This document shows, piece by piece, positions 9,074-17,957 of a stretch of DNA of 64,000 nucleotides; positions within the stretch are counted from its first letter, which is position 1; every line of letters begins with the position of its first letter. Position numbers and translations under genes: made by a program. The notes beneath the pieces are model-generated. The model saw only the letters and a program-made list of their open reading frames with translations. It did not search any database and had not been told where the DNA came from. Source of the DNA: an uncultured Acidobacteriota bacterium (GTDB taxonomy: Bacteria > Acidobacteriota > Terriglobia > Terriglobales > SCQP01); NCBI GenBank assembly GCA_937898755.1, contig CALEJU010000010.1:515-64514 (forward strand). The letters are read 5' to 3'.

Positions 9074-9503
9074 AACGCTGCCGCTCGCAACCTTCCTGAG
9101 CGCGCTGCTGCTGGGCGGCGTGGGCGGGGCCCAGACCCCACGTCCCGTGGTGGCAGCGCATGCGCCCACCTGGCAGGGCACCTTACAGCAAACCGCAGGC
9201 GCTGCTCCCAAGCTGCACACCGCGACGCACGATTACGTGCTCACCGGACAGGCCGACTACACGCTGCACACCCTGGAAGACAGCCACCTGGCGGGCGCCA
9301 CACTCGAGGTCCACGGACGCGTGCTGCCCGATGGCCGCTTGGAAGTGGCGCGCTTCTACGTGGTGCGCGACGGCAAGCTCTACAAGGTGCGCTTCTACTG
9401 CGAGACCTGCAACATCGTGGTCTATGAGCCCGGTCCCTGCCCCTGCTGCCAGCAGCCCTTGCACTTCCAGGAAATTCCGCAAAGCGAGGCGGAGAAGGAA
9501 TAG
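9063..9503 (+). CDS. Small secreted protein with C-terminal CxxC...CxCC cluster
   Basis: Start at ATG 9063, overlapping the previous stop by 11 nt. Signal peptide MRSKTLPLATFLSALLLGGVGGAQ. C-terminal YCETCNIVVYEPGPCPCCQQPLHF is zinc-ribbon-like. Confidence 0.55.
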   Translation: MRSKTLPLATFLSALLLGGVGGAQTPRPVVAAHAPTWQGTLQQTAGAAPKLHTATHDYVLTGQADYTLHTLEDSHLAGATLEVHGRVLPDGRLEVARFYVVRDGKLYKVRFYCETCNIVVYEPGPCPCCQQPLHFQEIPQSEAEKE

Positions 9504-9628
9504 GGCCGGTGCTGCCGCGCTGGTTACCGCGGGACGAGGGGAGCGAATAACGGGAGCCAGGGTGCAGCTCCCAGTTCAAAGCGGCCCTGCCGCTTGTACC
9601 GTACGGCTTCAAGGGAAAACTTTCTGTC

Positions 9629-10702
9629 ATGAATACACGCGACTACCTGGTGGTGACCTTGGCAACACTCGTCGTTCTGCGGCTTGGGCTCTCTTCGCAG
9701 GTCCAGACCGAGGTGCCGACGGTGGTTCCCGGCGCAAAGCCGGTGACGGTGGAACATATCAAGGTTCATGGGACAGCCCTCGAAGGCAATTTGGAGGGGG
9801 ACGCGGTCGATCGCGACGTTCTCGTATTCCTGCCGCCGAGCTATGCGAAGGAGAAAACGCGCCGCTACCCCGTCGTCTACGCCTTGCACGGGTATTCCAT
9901 CGGCGCCGAGCAATGGAGCCACGAAATTCACGTGCCGCAGACCATCGAGGGCGCATTCGCGAAGGGCGCGAAGGAGTTCATCGTTGTGCTGCCGGACTCG
10001 AAGACGCTGCACAACGGTTCCATGTATTCGAGTTCGGTGACCACGGGAGACTTCGAGCGCTTCATTGCGCGCGATCTGGTGTCCTACATCGACGCTCATT
10101 ACCGCACCATCCCGGAACGGCGCAGCCGCGGCCTGGTTGGCCACTCCATGGGCGGCTATGGCGCGACCCGCATCGGCATGAAGCACTCCGAAGTATTTGG
10201 AAGCCTGTACATCATGAGCCCTTGTTGCTTGTCACCCCGCCCGGCCGGGCCAGGGAGCGCCGACTTGGAGAAGGCGCTGGAGGCCGTCAAGACGCCCGCG
10301 GACTCGGCCAAGCTGGGGTTTTTCCCCCGCGCCCTGCTGGCCAGTGCTGCGGCGTGGTCGCCGGATCCGAACAACCCGCCGCTCTATCTTGATCTGCCCA
10401 CGCTGCACGGCCAGCCTCAGCCGGACGTCCTGGCAAAGTGGACGGCGAATGCGCCGCTGGCGTTCATTGACCAGTACATCGGCCGGTTGCGCCGGTATCA
10501 CGGCATCGCCCTAGACGTCGGAGACCAGGATGGCCTGCGTGTCGATACGGCAAAACTGCACGCAGTGCTTGATCGCTACGGGATCGCGAACCGCTTCGAA
10601 CAGTATCACGGCACGCACACGAGTGCGGTCGCGGTTCGGTTTCAGGATCATGTCATGCCGTTTTTCAGTGAGAACCTCTGCTCAAAGGCGGGATGCAAAT
10701 AG
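9629..10702 (+). CDS. Putative esterase (alpha/beta hydrolase, esterase-D/enterochelin-esterase-like)
   Basis: 357 aa with a signal or anchor helix. YPVVYALHG and the nucleophile elbow GHSMGGYGA are present. Confidence 0.85.
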   Translation: MNTRDYLVVTLATLVVLRLGLSSQVQTEVPTVVPGAKPVTVEHIKVHGTALEGNLEGDAVDRDVLVFLPPSYAKEKTRRYPVVYALHGYSIGAEQWSHEIHVPQTIEGAFAKGAKEFIVVLPDSKTLHNGSMYSSSVTTGDFERFIARDLVSYIDAHYRTIPERRSRGLVGHSMGGYGATRIGMKHSEVFGSLYIMSPCCLSPRPAGPGSADLEKALEAVKTPADSAKLGFFPRALLASAAAWSPDPNNPPLYLDLPTLHGQPQPDVLAKWTANAPLAFIDQYIGRLRRYHGIALDVGDQDGLRVDTAKLHAVLDRYGIANRFEQYHGTHTSAVAVRFQDHVMPFFSENLCSKAGCK

Positions 10703-10902
10703 GCGGTCGGCGACGTCGATGAGGCTTGCGGACGGCAAGGCCCACAGGGCGTCCCGGGGTCGGCAGCAAGAAGCCTGCTGCTGGATACCCGCGGCGAGGC
10801 GCGGAGCTAAGCGGTACTTCCGGCCCTTGGGGGCAGCCAGGGTCCGCGTTCTACGCCTTCCTGCCCACCCCACATCCCCATTCCCCACAACTCTAAGCTG
10901 GT

Positions 10903-11883
10903 GTGACGGCTTGGCAGGTGCATGAGCGACACGACCTGCGCGCGCTACGCGAGGTTTGGACCGCGGCGGCGGCGGCAGCTTCCGAGGACCACATTTTTCA
11001 GCGCTGGGAGCTGGCCCAGATCTGGATGACGGTGTTTGGCCACGCTTGGGACTGCCGGATCCTCTGGCGGGCCTTCCCGCCGCTGGTCCTGCCCCTGGTC
11101 GTGGACGGAGAGGGGAACTGGAGCCTGCTGGGCAACGGGCTGTTCGACTTCTGCGATGGCCTGGGAGCCCCCGAGGCCGCCGACGTGGCCGAGTTTCGAC
11201 AGGCGTGCGACGGAGGGCATGGGGGGCGCGCGGTGGCGTGGGACCAGTTCCGGGTGACGGGGATTCGTGACGACAGCCGGTTCCTGGATCTGTGGCGGGC
11301 GCTCGGGCTGCGCGTCGAGTCCTACGCCGGCGCCCCACGCGTACCGGCGCAAGATGCCGCGGCGTGGGAATCGCAGCATCCGCGCATTGCCGACCGCTTT
11401 CGCACCGCTCTGCGGCACGGCTGGCGCATGGAGCGCCTCGTTGCCGCGCGTGCCCGCATGCAGCTCCTGCACCGCATCCTGGCGTGGAAGGAGTCCCGCC
11501 AGCGTGCCCTCGGACAGCCCAACGTGCTGGGCGAGCGCGAACAGGCATGGCTGGAACAGATGGTGGCGCGGTATCCCGATCTGGCAGAACTGTGGGGCTG
11601 GGGATGTGGGGCGGATTGGCAGGCCGGTTTCCTCTGCTGGAATGACGCTGAGCATGGAGGGGGCGCGTGGCGGCGCGGTTATACGCTGGCCTTCGATCCC
11701 GCCGCTGCCTCCCACTCGCCGGGGAGCATGCTGCTGTTTGGCGTGATGCGGCACAGCCTCGGCAGCGGATGCGGCTTCGACCTCTTAACCGGCGAACAGG
11801 ACTTCAAACGGCGATTCGCAACCGCCAGCGTCGGATTGCACTGCGTTCGCGGCCCCGCCAGGGCGGAGAAAAGTGAATGTTAG
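10903..11883 (+). CDS. GNAT-fold acyltransferase, CelD/BioF2-like (tentative)
   Basis: GTG start. The C-terminal block SPGSMLLFGVMRHSLGSGCGFDLLTGEQDFKRRFA is typical of CelD-like acetyltransferases. Confidence 0.6.
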   Translation: MTAWQVHERHDLRALREVWTAAAAAASEDHIFQRWELAQIWMTVFGHAWDCRILWRAFPPLVLPLVVDGEGNWSLLGNGLFDFCDGLGAPEAADVAEFRQACDGGHGGRAVAWDQFRVTGIRDDSRFLDLWRALGLRVESYAGAPRVPAQDAAAWESQHPRIADRFRTALRHGWRMERLVAARARMQLLHRILAWKESRQRALGQPNVLGEREQAWLEQMVARYPDLAELWGWGCGADWQAGFLCWNDAEHGGGAWRRGYTLAFDPAAASHSPGSMLLFGVMRHSLGSGCGFDLLTGEQDFKRRFATASVGLHCVRGPARAEKSEC

Positions 11884-12710
11884 ACTACGGATTCCAACGC
11901 CACATGACCCCTACCCTTGGCCCCGACGACGCTTTCGGCAATGTTGATGTCCACTGCCACGCCCTGCCGGGCATGGACGACGGGCCTGCCACCCTGGAGG
12001 ATGCGGTCGCCCTGCTTGAAATGGCGGCCGAGGACGGCACGACACATTTGGTGGCGACGCCGCATTCCAATTACCAGTTCCTCTATGTACCGGAACGGAT
12101 CGCCCAGGAGCGGGCGCGGCTGCAAACCTTGATCGGCGATCGGCTGCAGATCCTGATCGGCTGCGACTTCCACCTCTCCTACGAAAACATTCAGGACGCA
12201 CTCGCTCATCCGCGGAAGTACACGGTGAACGGGTCTCGCTACCTACTGGTGGAGTTTGCGCAGCACTTCAGCATGGACGCCCTGGAGGGCGTGCTCGATC
12301 AACTGCTGCGTGCCGGTCTGATTCCGATCCTGACGCACCCGGAGCGCAACCCCGTCTTTCAGGAGCATCCCGACCTGGCGCCGCGTTACATTCGCTTGGG
12401 ATGTGTGACCCAGGTGACGGCGTCCTCGTTCACAGGCGACTTTGGCAAGCGCGCCCAGAAGATGGCGGAGTCCATGCTGGCCGAGAACTTGATTCATGTG
12501 GTCGCCTCTGACGGGCATTCCGCTTCCAAGCGCCGTCCCCGACTCTCCGGTGCTGCGGCTCTGATTGCTGAGCGGCAGAACGAAGAGCGGTCTATTGCCC
12601 TCATTCGCGACAACCCGCGCGCGATGATTCTCGATCTGCCGCTTCCGTACCACCCCAAGCCGCCCAAACCCAAGCCTAAATCCGCCTTCTGGAGCTTGCT
12701 CAAGGGTTGA
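11877..12710 (+). CDS. PHP-family protein-tyrosine phosphatase (CpsB/YwqE-like)
   Basis: Motifs VDVHCHALPGMDDG, LVATPHSNY, THPERN and VASDGHS. Overlaps the upstream gene by 7 nt. Confidence 0.8.
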   Translation: MLDYGFQRHMTPTLGPDDAFGNVDVHCHALPGMDDGPATLEDAVALLEMAAEDGTTHLVATPHSNYQFLYVPERIAQERARLQTLIGDRLQILIGCDFHLSYENIQDALAHPRKYTVNGSRYLLVEFAQHFSMDALEGVLDQLLRAGLIPILTHPERNPVFQEHPDLAPRYIRLGCVTQVTASSFTGDFGKRAQKMAESMLAENLIHVVASDGHSASKRRPRLSGAAALIAERQNEERSIALIRDNPRAMILDLPLPYHPKPPKPKPKSAFWSLLKG

Positions 12711-12825
12711 CGCGGGAACGATCATGTCACCCGGCTTGCGCGGGGTGCTGAACTGCGGTCGGGTTGGGTCGAGGCGTCCAAACGAGCACAAGTGTGCCCC
12801 GTCTGGCTGACGCGCCGGCGTCCCG

Positions 12826-13965
12826 TCACAGCAGCTTGGCAATGGTTTGTAGCTGCATGTTGGACGTGCCTTCGTAGATCTTCCCGATCTTCGCGTCGCG
12901 GAAGTATTTCTCGACCGGGTAATCTTTCACGAAGCCGTTCCCGCCGTAGATCTCTATGGCCAGCGAGGCCACGTGTTCGGCTACTTGCGAGCTGAAGTAC
13001 TTTGCCATGGCGGCTTCCTTCTGGAACGGCTGGCCGACGTCCTTCAGCCGGGCGGCGTTGTAAACCAGCAGCCGGGCGGCTTCCACGCTGGTGGCCATCT
13101 CCGCAAGTTGGAACTGCACGCCTTGAAACTCGGCGATGGCTTTGCCGAACTGCCTGCGCTCGCGCGCGTAGCGCGTGGCGTATTCGAGCGCGCCGCGGGC
13201 AACGCCGATCATCTGAGCACCGATCCCAATCCGGCCTTCGTTCAAGGTCTCGATCGCGATTTTGTAGCCTTTGCCTTCCTGACCGAGGAGTTGTTCGCGG
13301 CCCACGCAGCAATCCTCGAGGATCAGTTCGCAGGTACTCGAGGCGCGGATGCCGAGCTTGTCCTCTTTCCTGCCCACCCTGAAGCCCGGCGTATCGCGCT
13401 CGAGAAGGAACCCCGTGATGCCGCGGTAGCCAGCGGCCGGGTCCAGATTAGCGAACAAGACGAAGAGGTGGGCCTCCGCGGCGTTGGTGATCCAGAGCTT
13501 GCGGCCATTGAGTCGAAATCCGTCCGTCGTCCGCTGCGCGCGGGTCTGCAGCGCGAACGCATCACTGCCGGAGCCCGCCTCGGAGAGGGCATAGGCGCCC
13601 ACCCATTCCTGCGCAAGCCGCGGCAGGTAACGCTTGTGTTGCTCGGGCGTACCCCAGGCCAGCAGGGCATTGTTCACCAGCGTGTTCTGCACGTCGGCGA
13701 TGACGCCGGCCGAAGCGTCCACGCGCGACAGCTCTTCGACGACCAGGATGGAATCGAAGAAGCTGCCACCACTGCCGCCGTTGGATTCAGGGATCTGGAT
13801 CCCCATCAGACCCAGACGAAAGAATTCCCGCAGCAAGGCCTCATCGAAGTGCGCCGCTTCGTCCATGGCGCGCACCTTGGGACGCAGTTGCTGTTCGGCG
13901 AGCTCGCGCACGGTTTGCTGCAGGAGAAGTTCATCCGAGGTGAGCTGCGTCAGCGGCGTCGCCAT
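12826..13965 (-). CDS. Acyl-CoA dehydrogenase (short/branched-chain type)
   Basis: Start moved to ATG 13965 (MATPLTQLTSDELLLQQTVRELAE), giving 379 aa. The ACAD-typical C-terminal IYEGTSNMQLQTIAK is present. Confidence 0.9.
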   Translation of the reverse strand: MATPLTQLTSDELLLQQTVRELAEQQLRPKVRAMDEAAHFDEALLREFFRLGLMGIQIPESNGGSGGSFFDSILVVEELSRVDASAGVIADVQNTLVNNALLAWGTPEQHKRYLPRLAQEWVGAYALSEAGSGSDAFALQTRAQRTTDGFRLNGRKLWITNAAEAHLFVLFANLDPAAGYRGITGFLLERDTPGFRVGRKEDKLGIRASSTCELILEDCCVGREQLLGQEGKGYKIAIETLNEGRIGIGAQMIGVARGALEYATRYARERRQFGKAIAEFQGVQFQLAEMATSVEAARLLVYNAARLKDVGQPFQKEAAMAKYFSSQVAEHVASLAIEIYGGNGFVKDYPVEKYFRDAKIGKIYEGTSNMQLQTIAKLL

Positions 13966-14487
13966 GGCTACCGATTGTAGACCGCTGGCGCGGCGGCCAG
14001 ACGCTGACGCGTGGGCCAGACGGGGACTCTTATGCCCCGGCGCTTCCATGGCCGGGGGTTTTGGCACATTGGTCCAACTCGAGAGTTTCCTCGAGATCTG
14101 TCGCGGATATCGGACCGACCGTTCAGTCGGAGAGGGCGCCAGCACAGGTGTGGACGAAATCTGAGCGGGTTGGGAACTGCGACGTCACTTTTGGGGTACC
14201 CCCCAGCATTTGCGGGTTTGTAAAGCCCTGGTGGGGTTGCTATTTCCACTCCAAACGCGTAAGATGCGCGAGTTCGCTTCGTTTTGGCGGCCTCTGGCCC
14301 GCCTCGGTTTCGCTCCTCCTGCCCTTAAAAGCAAGGTTTGCCGCGAAATCGAAGAAGCTGAAACCTTTTTGGCGTTGGTAGCGTCCAATCGGCCAGTTCT
14401 GGTTTTGGTGAACTCATAAGTTTTTTTTGGCATCCGGCGAGTCGCCGCGACTCGTACGTCTAACGAGGAACGATTTTGGAGGGATTT

Positions 14488-14709
14488 ATGCCGGCCGTTG
14501 TGGAAGGATTGAAAGCACGAATTCATTGCCCGATGTGCACGCGCACGGTGGAAGGTTTGGCCGTTCCGGCGGTCAGCTTGGGCCACTCGCGCTTGCGCGT
14601 TCAGCCCGGTCAGAAGTGCTCGCGTTGCCATGCGTCGCTCGACGCCGGCTACGTTCTTGAGCTGCTGCCTGAGACGGAGCAGCCCAAGAGCGGCAAGCGC
14701 GCTGCCTGA
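14488..14709 (+). CDS. Small zinc-ribbon hypothetical protein
   Basis: ATG 14488 lies 4 nt after GGAGGG. CPMC...CSRC pairs. A strong terminator hairpin follows at 14746. Confidence 0.5.
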   Translation: MPAVVEGLKARIHCPMCTRTVEGLAVPAVSLGHSRLRVQPGQKCSRCHASLDAGYVLELLPETEQPKSGKRAA

Positions 14710-14745
14710 TCAGGGTCGCGGCTCCATTGTATTTTTTCGACGCGT

Positions 14746-14786
14746 CCGGCCCTTGCGGAGTGCTCCGCAGGGGCCGGTCGCTTTTA
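14746..14786 (+). terminator. Rho-independent-type terminator
   Basis: CCGGCCCTTGCGGAG-TG-CTCCGCAGGGGCCGG forms a 15-bp stem with one G-U, followed by TCGCTTTTA. Confidence 0.6.
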
Positions 14787-14941
14787 GGGCCGATGGCGGA
14801 AGGCCGACGGCCACAAACGCAGCCAGCGTGGTGCCTCAGCCACTTGTGCCTTCGACCCCTCTGCCCTCGCCCATCGGCCATCAGTCCTCACTCTCGTTCC
14901 CGCCTTCGGAACTCGCACGGGCTACTTTGAGATAATTCCGC

Positions 14942-15538
14942 ATGGACAGTTCGCGAGAGTTCGCCGTCCGAACCGTTGTCTTCGACTTGGGGAGGACACT
15001 CATTCCGTTCAGCTTTGAGCCATTGGCACGGGAGATGGAAGCACGTCGCGAAGCGATCCTCGGTCTCGCCCAGCGCTATGAGACGGGTCAGATTGCCTCC
15101 GATGCGTTTCGCGAACAGATCTGCGGCCTGAGCGGGGTCGAGGAGGAACGTTTCCCGAAGTGGTGGTGCTCCATCTTTACACTGGAGCCGCTAGTTCCGC
15201 TCTCGCTTCTGGAAGCCGTTCAGCAGCGCTGCCGCCTGGGTCTGCTCTCGAACACCAACCCCACCCACTACCAGTTTTTGCGTGCGCAATTCCCTTGGCT
15301 CGACCGGTTCGATTTCCGGACGCTTTCCTTCGAAGCGGGCGCCGCCAAACCGGATCCGGCGATCTACGCCGATGTGGAGCGCAAAGCGGGCTGCGCCCCG
15401 CAAGACATTCTTTATTTCGATGACATGCCGCAGTTTGTGGAAGCGGCGCGTTTCCGCGGCTGGCAGGCGGAGGTATTTCGCGACCAGGCGGGCGTGGAAG
15501 AAGCGCTGGCGCGGCACGGCGTTCTGGCGCCGGTTTAG
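14942..15538 (+). CDS. HAD-superfamily hydrolase (subfamily IA-like)
   Basis: 198 aa with motif I VVFDLGRTLI, LLSNTN and a FDDMPQFVEAA block. Confidence 0.8.
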   Translation: MDSSREFAVRTVVFDLGRTLIPFSFEPLAREMEARREAILGLAQRYETGQIASDAFREQICGLSGVEEERFPKWWCSIFTLEPLVPLSLLEAVQQRCRLGLLSNTNPTHYQFLRAQFPWLDRFDFRTLSFEAGAAKPDPAIYADVERKAGCAPQDILYFDDMPQFVEAARFRGWQAEVFRDQAGVEEALARHGVLAPV

Positions 15539-15602
15539 TTGTTGGTTGTTGGTGGTTGCCACTCAACCTGCAACCAAAAACCATCAACCAAAAACCAACA
15601 AC
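15537..15602. repeat. GTTGTT/AACAAC hairpin repeat between convergent genes
   Basis: AGTTGTTGGTTGTTGGTGGTTGC...GCAACCAAAAACCATCAACCAAAAACCAACAAC. It begins inside the TAG stop of the HAD gene. Confidence 0.7.
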
Positions 15603-15611
15603 GGCCCCTAC

Positions 15612-17723
15612 CTATTCCGCCTCGTCGGCGGCGGTCGCGCCACGATGGGCCTTTGATTCCGCCACCACCTTCTCGGCCTGCAACGCCGGCATGACGTCGT
15701 AGTGCGAGAAATGCATGTGAAACGACCCTCTGCCCTGGGTCTTGGCGGTGAGGTCCGACTGGTAAGCGAGCATTTCCGCCTGCGGAACTTGGGCGCGAAT
15801 CCGTTGTGACCGACCTTGCGCCTCCATGCCTTCGATCCGGCCGCGGCGCGCGTTCAGGTCCCCGATGACGTCGCCCGCAAACTCCTGCGGGCAGTGCACC
15901 TCGACTTCCATGATCGGTTCAAGCAGCGCGGGATGCGCCTGCTCCATGCCTTTCTTGAACGCCAGTGAGCCGGCAACCTTGAACGCCATCTCGCTGGAGT
16001 CCACGTCATGGTATGAACCGTCGTAGACCGTGGCGCGGAAATCCACCATGGGGAAGCCGGCCAGGAAACCGCGCTGCGCACTCTCGACGATGCCTTTTTC
16101 GACCGCCGGAATGAAGTTCTTGGGAATGGCGCCACCGAAGACTTCATTGGCGAACGCAAAGCCCGCCCCTCGCGACAGGGGCTCGAATCGCACTTTGCAG
16201 TCGCCGTACTGGCCGTGTCCGCCGGTCTGCTTTTTGTAGCGTCCTTGCACGTCGGCTTTGCCGCGGATGGTCTCGCGGTAGGCCACCTTGGGAGCTTTCA
16301 GGGCGACATCCACGTGGTAGCGCTGCTTGAGCTTCGCGACGGTGATTTCCAGATGCTGCTGGCCGGTGCCGGCCAGCAGAAAATCGCCGGTTTGCGCGTC
16401 GCGGAAAAAACGCAGCGCGAGATCCTCCTCGACCATCTTGTGCACGGCGATGCCCAACTTGTCCTCGTCGTTGCGATTCCTGGCCTCAACGGCGAAGGTG
16501 ATGGCGGGCTCGTCCATCCGGATGGGACGAAAAAAGATGGGCGCTGCCTTGTCGCCCAGCGTATCGCCGGTGAAAGTTTCACGCAGTTTGGCCACGGCAC
16601 CGATGTCGCCGGCGTGCAGTTCGGGCACGGGCATCGGCTGCTTGCCTTGCATGACGCAGAGGTGGGCCAGTCGTTCGCTGACGCCGCGGTTGAAGTTGGT
16701 GACGGTGGCCTCGGTCTTGACGATGCCGGAGCGGACCTTGAAGAAACTGACGCGTCCAGAAAAGGGATCCATCAACGTCTTGAACACGTAGAGCGCCAGG
16801 GGCTGGGCGTCATCCTCGGGACGGCGTACGACGCTGCCGCCCTCCGGAGCGGTCACCGCCTCCACTTCTCCCAGCTCGGGGGGAGCGGGAGCGTACTTCG
16901 CAAGGAAGTTGAGCAGCGCATCCACGCCCTGATTGGTTCCGCCGGCACAGAACAGCACGGGCGACAGGCGGCGATCCCGCAAGGCCTCGTGCAGGCCATT
17001 TTCCAGATGTTCGGCATCAATGGTGCCGCGCTCGAAGAACTCCTCCATCAGGCGGTCGTCCCCTTCGGCCACCAGTTCGACGAGCGCTTCATGGGCTGCC
17101 TTGGCTTCATCGGCGAGGACGCCCGGCACGCCGCTCTCCTGGCTGCGGCCATTGCCGTTGGCGGCAGCGATATAGCCGCGCATTCCGACCAGGTCCACCA
17201 CGCCCTGAAAATGGTCGGCTTGCCCGATGGGGAGTTGGACGGGACAGAGCGAGCGGCCAAATGCCTCCTGGACGGAAGCCAGGGCTTGTCCGGCATCGGC
17301 CCGTTCCCGGTCCATGCGGTTGATGACCACGATCACCGGCAGATGATGTTCCTGGGCGTAACGCCAGACGGTTTCGGTGCGGACCTCGACACCCGCCGTG
17401 GCATCCACCACGAGCAGCACGCACTCGACCGCCGCCATGGCCAACTCGGCTTCATGAATGAAGATGTTGGAGCCGGGTGTATCGATGAAATTGAATTTGA
17501 AGTTCTTGTTCCACTCCGCGATACCAACGGCAGAGCAAATGCTGAAGCGGCGTTGGATCTCCTGCTCGTCGAAGTCGGTGACGGTCGTCCCCTCCTCGAC
17601 GCGGCCCATCTTTGGGGTGGCACCGGCGGTGTAAAGCGCAGCGGAGACGAGAGTGGTTTTGCCGCAACCTCCGTGGCCGACGACGGCGAGGTTGCGCACG
17701 TGAGCGGTGTCGTAGACTTTCAC
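15612..17723 (-). CDS. Elongation factor G paralog (EF-G2-like), outside any str operon
   Basis: GTG start 17723, 8 nt after AAGGAGAGGG, giving 703 aa. G1 motif VVGHGGCGKTT; also DTPG, INRMD and full EF-G domains II-V. Confidence 0.9.
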   Translation of the reverse strand: MKVYDTAHVRNLAVVGHGGCGKTTLVSAALYTAGATPKMGRVEEGTTVTDFDEQEIQRRFSICSAVGIAEWNKNFKFNFIDTPGSNIFIHEAELAMAAVECVLLVVDATAGVEVRTETVWRYAQEHHLPVIVVINRMDRERADAGQALASVQEAFGRSLCPVQLPIGQADHFQGVVDLVGMRGYIAAANGNGRSQESGVPGVLADEAKAAHEALVELVAEGDDRLMEEFFERGTIDAEHLENGLHEALRDRRLSPVLFCAGGTNQGVDALLNFLAKYAPAPPELGEVEAVTAPEGGSVVRRPEDDAQPLALYVFKTLMDPFSGRVSFFKVRSGIVKTEATVTNFNRGVSERLAHLCVMQGKQPMPVPELHAGDIGAVAKLRETFTGDTLGDKAAPIFFRPIRMDEPAITFAVEARNRNDEDKLGIAVHKMVEEDLALRFFRDAQTGDFLLAGTGQQHLEITVAKLKQRYHVDVALKAPKVAYRETIRGKADVQGRYKKQTGGHGQYGDCKVRFEPLSRGAGFAFANEVFGGAIPKNFIPAVEKGIVESAQRGFLAGFPMVDFRATVYDGSYHDVDSSEMAFKVAGSLAFKKGMEQAHPALLEPIMEVEVHCPQEFAGDVIGDLNARRGRIEGMEAQGRSQRIRAQVPQAEMLAYQSDLTAKTQGRGSFHMHFSHYDVMPALQAEKVVAESKAHRGATAADEAE

Positions 17724-17744
17724 ACCCTCTCCTTCATCCGAGCG

Positions 17745-17842
17745 CCCGCCGAGTCCGGCAATCCGCCCAGAACGCCCGATGCTAGCACAGGGGGTGTCTG
17801 GCGAGGTACCCGCCGAGTCGGCGCCTGACGCGCCCAGAACGC
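17745..17842. repeat. Two ~31-34-bp direct repeats in the EF-G2 upstream region
   Basis: CCCGCCGAGTC-N(9-12)-CGCCCAGAACGC occurs at 17745..17775 and 17809..17842. Confidence 0.6.
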
Positions 17843-17957
17843 AGGCGCCCAGGCGAGAAAATCCTGAAGATCTCGTGGCGGCCGTGCGGGCCACTGCCGT
17901 CAGTGGACGGGGGGCGGGTGAGGTGGGAAGCCTTGCGCGGGGGACGCGGCAGCCCTC

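Noticed and set aside
14210-14419. A 69-aa ORF in the low-GC intergenic region
   Set aside because: It has weak GC3 bias compared with neighbouring genes, no SD and no recognisable motif. It is treated as non-coding (see the finding on 13966-14487).
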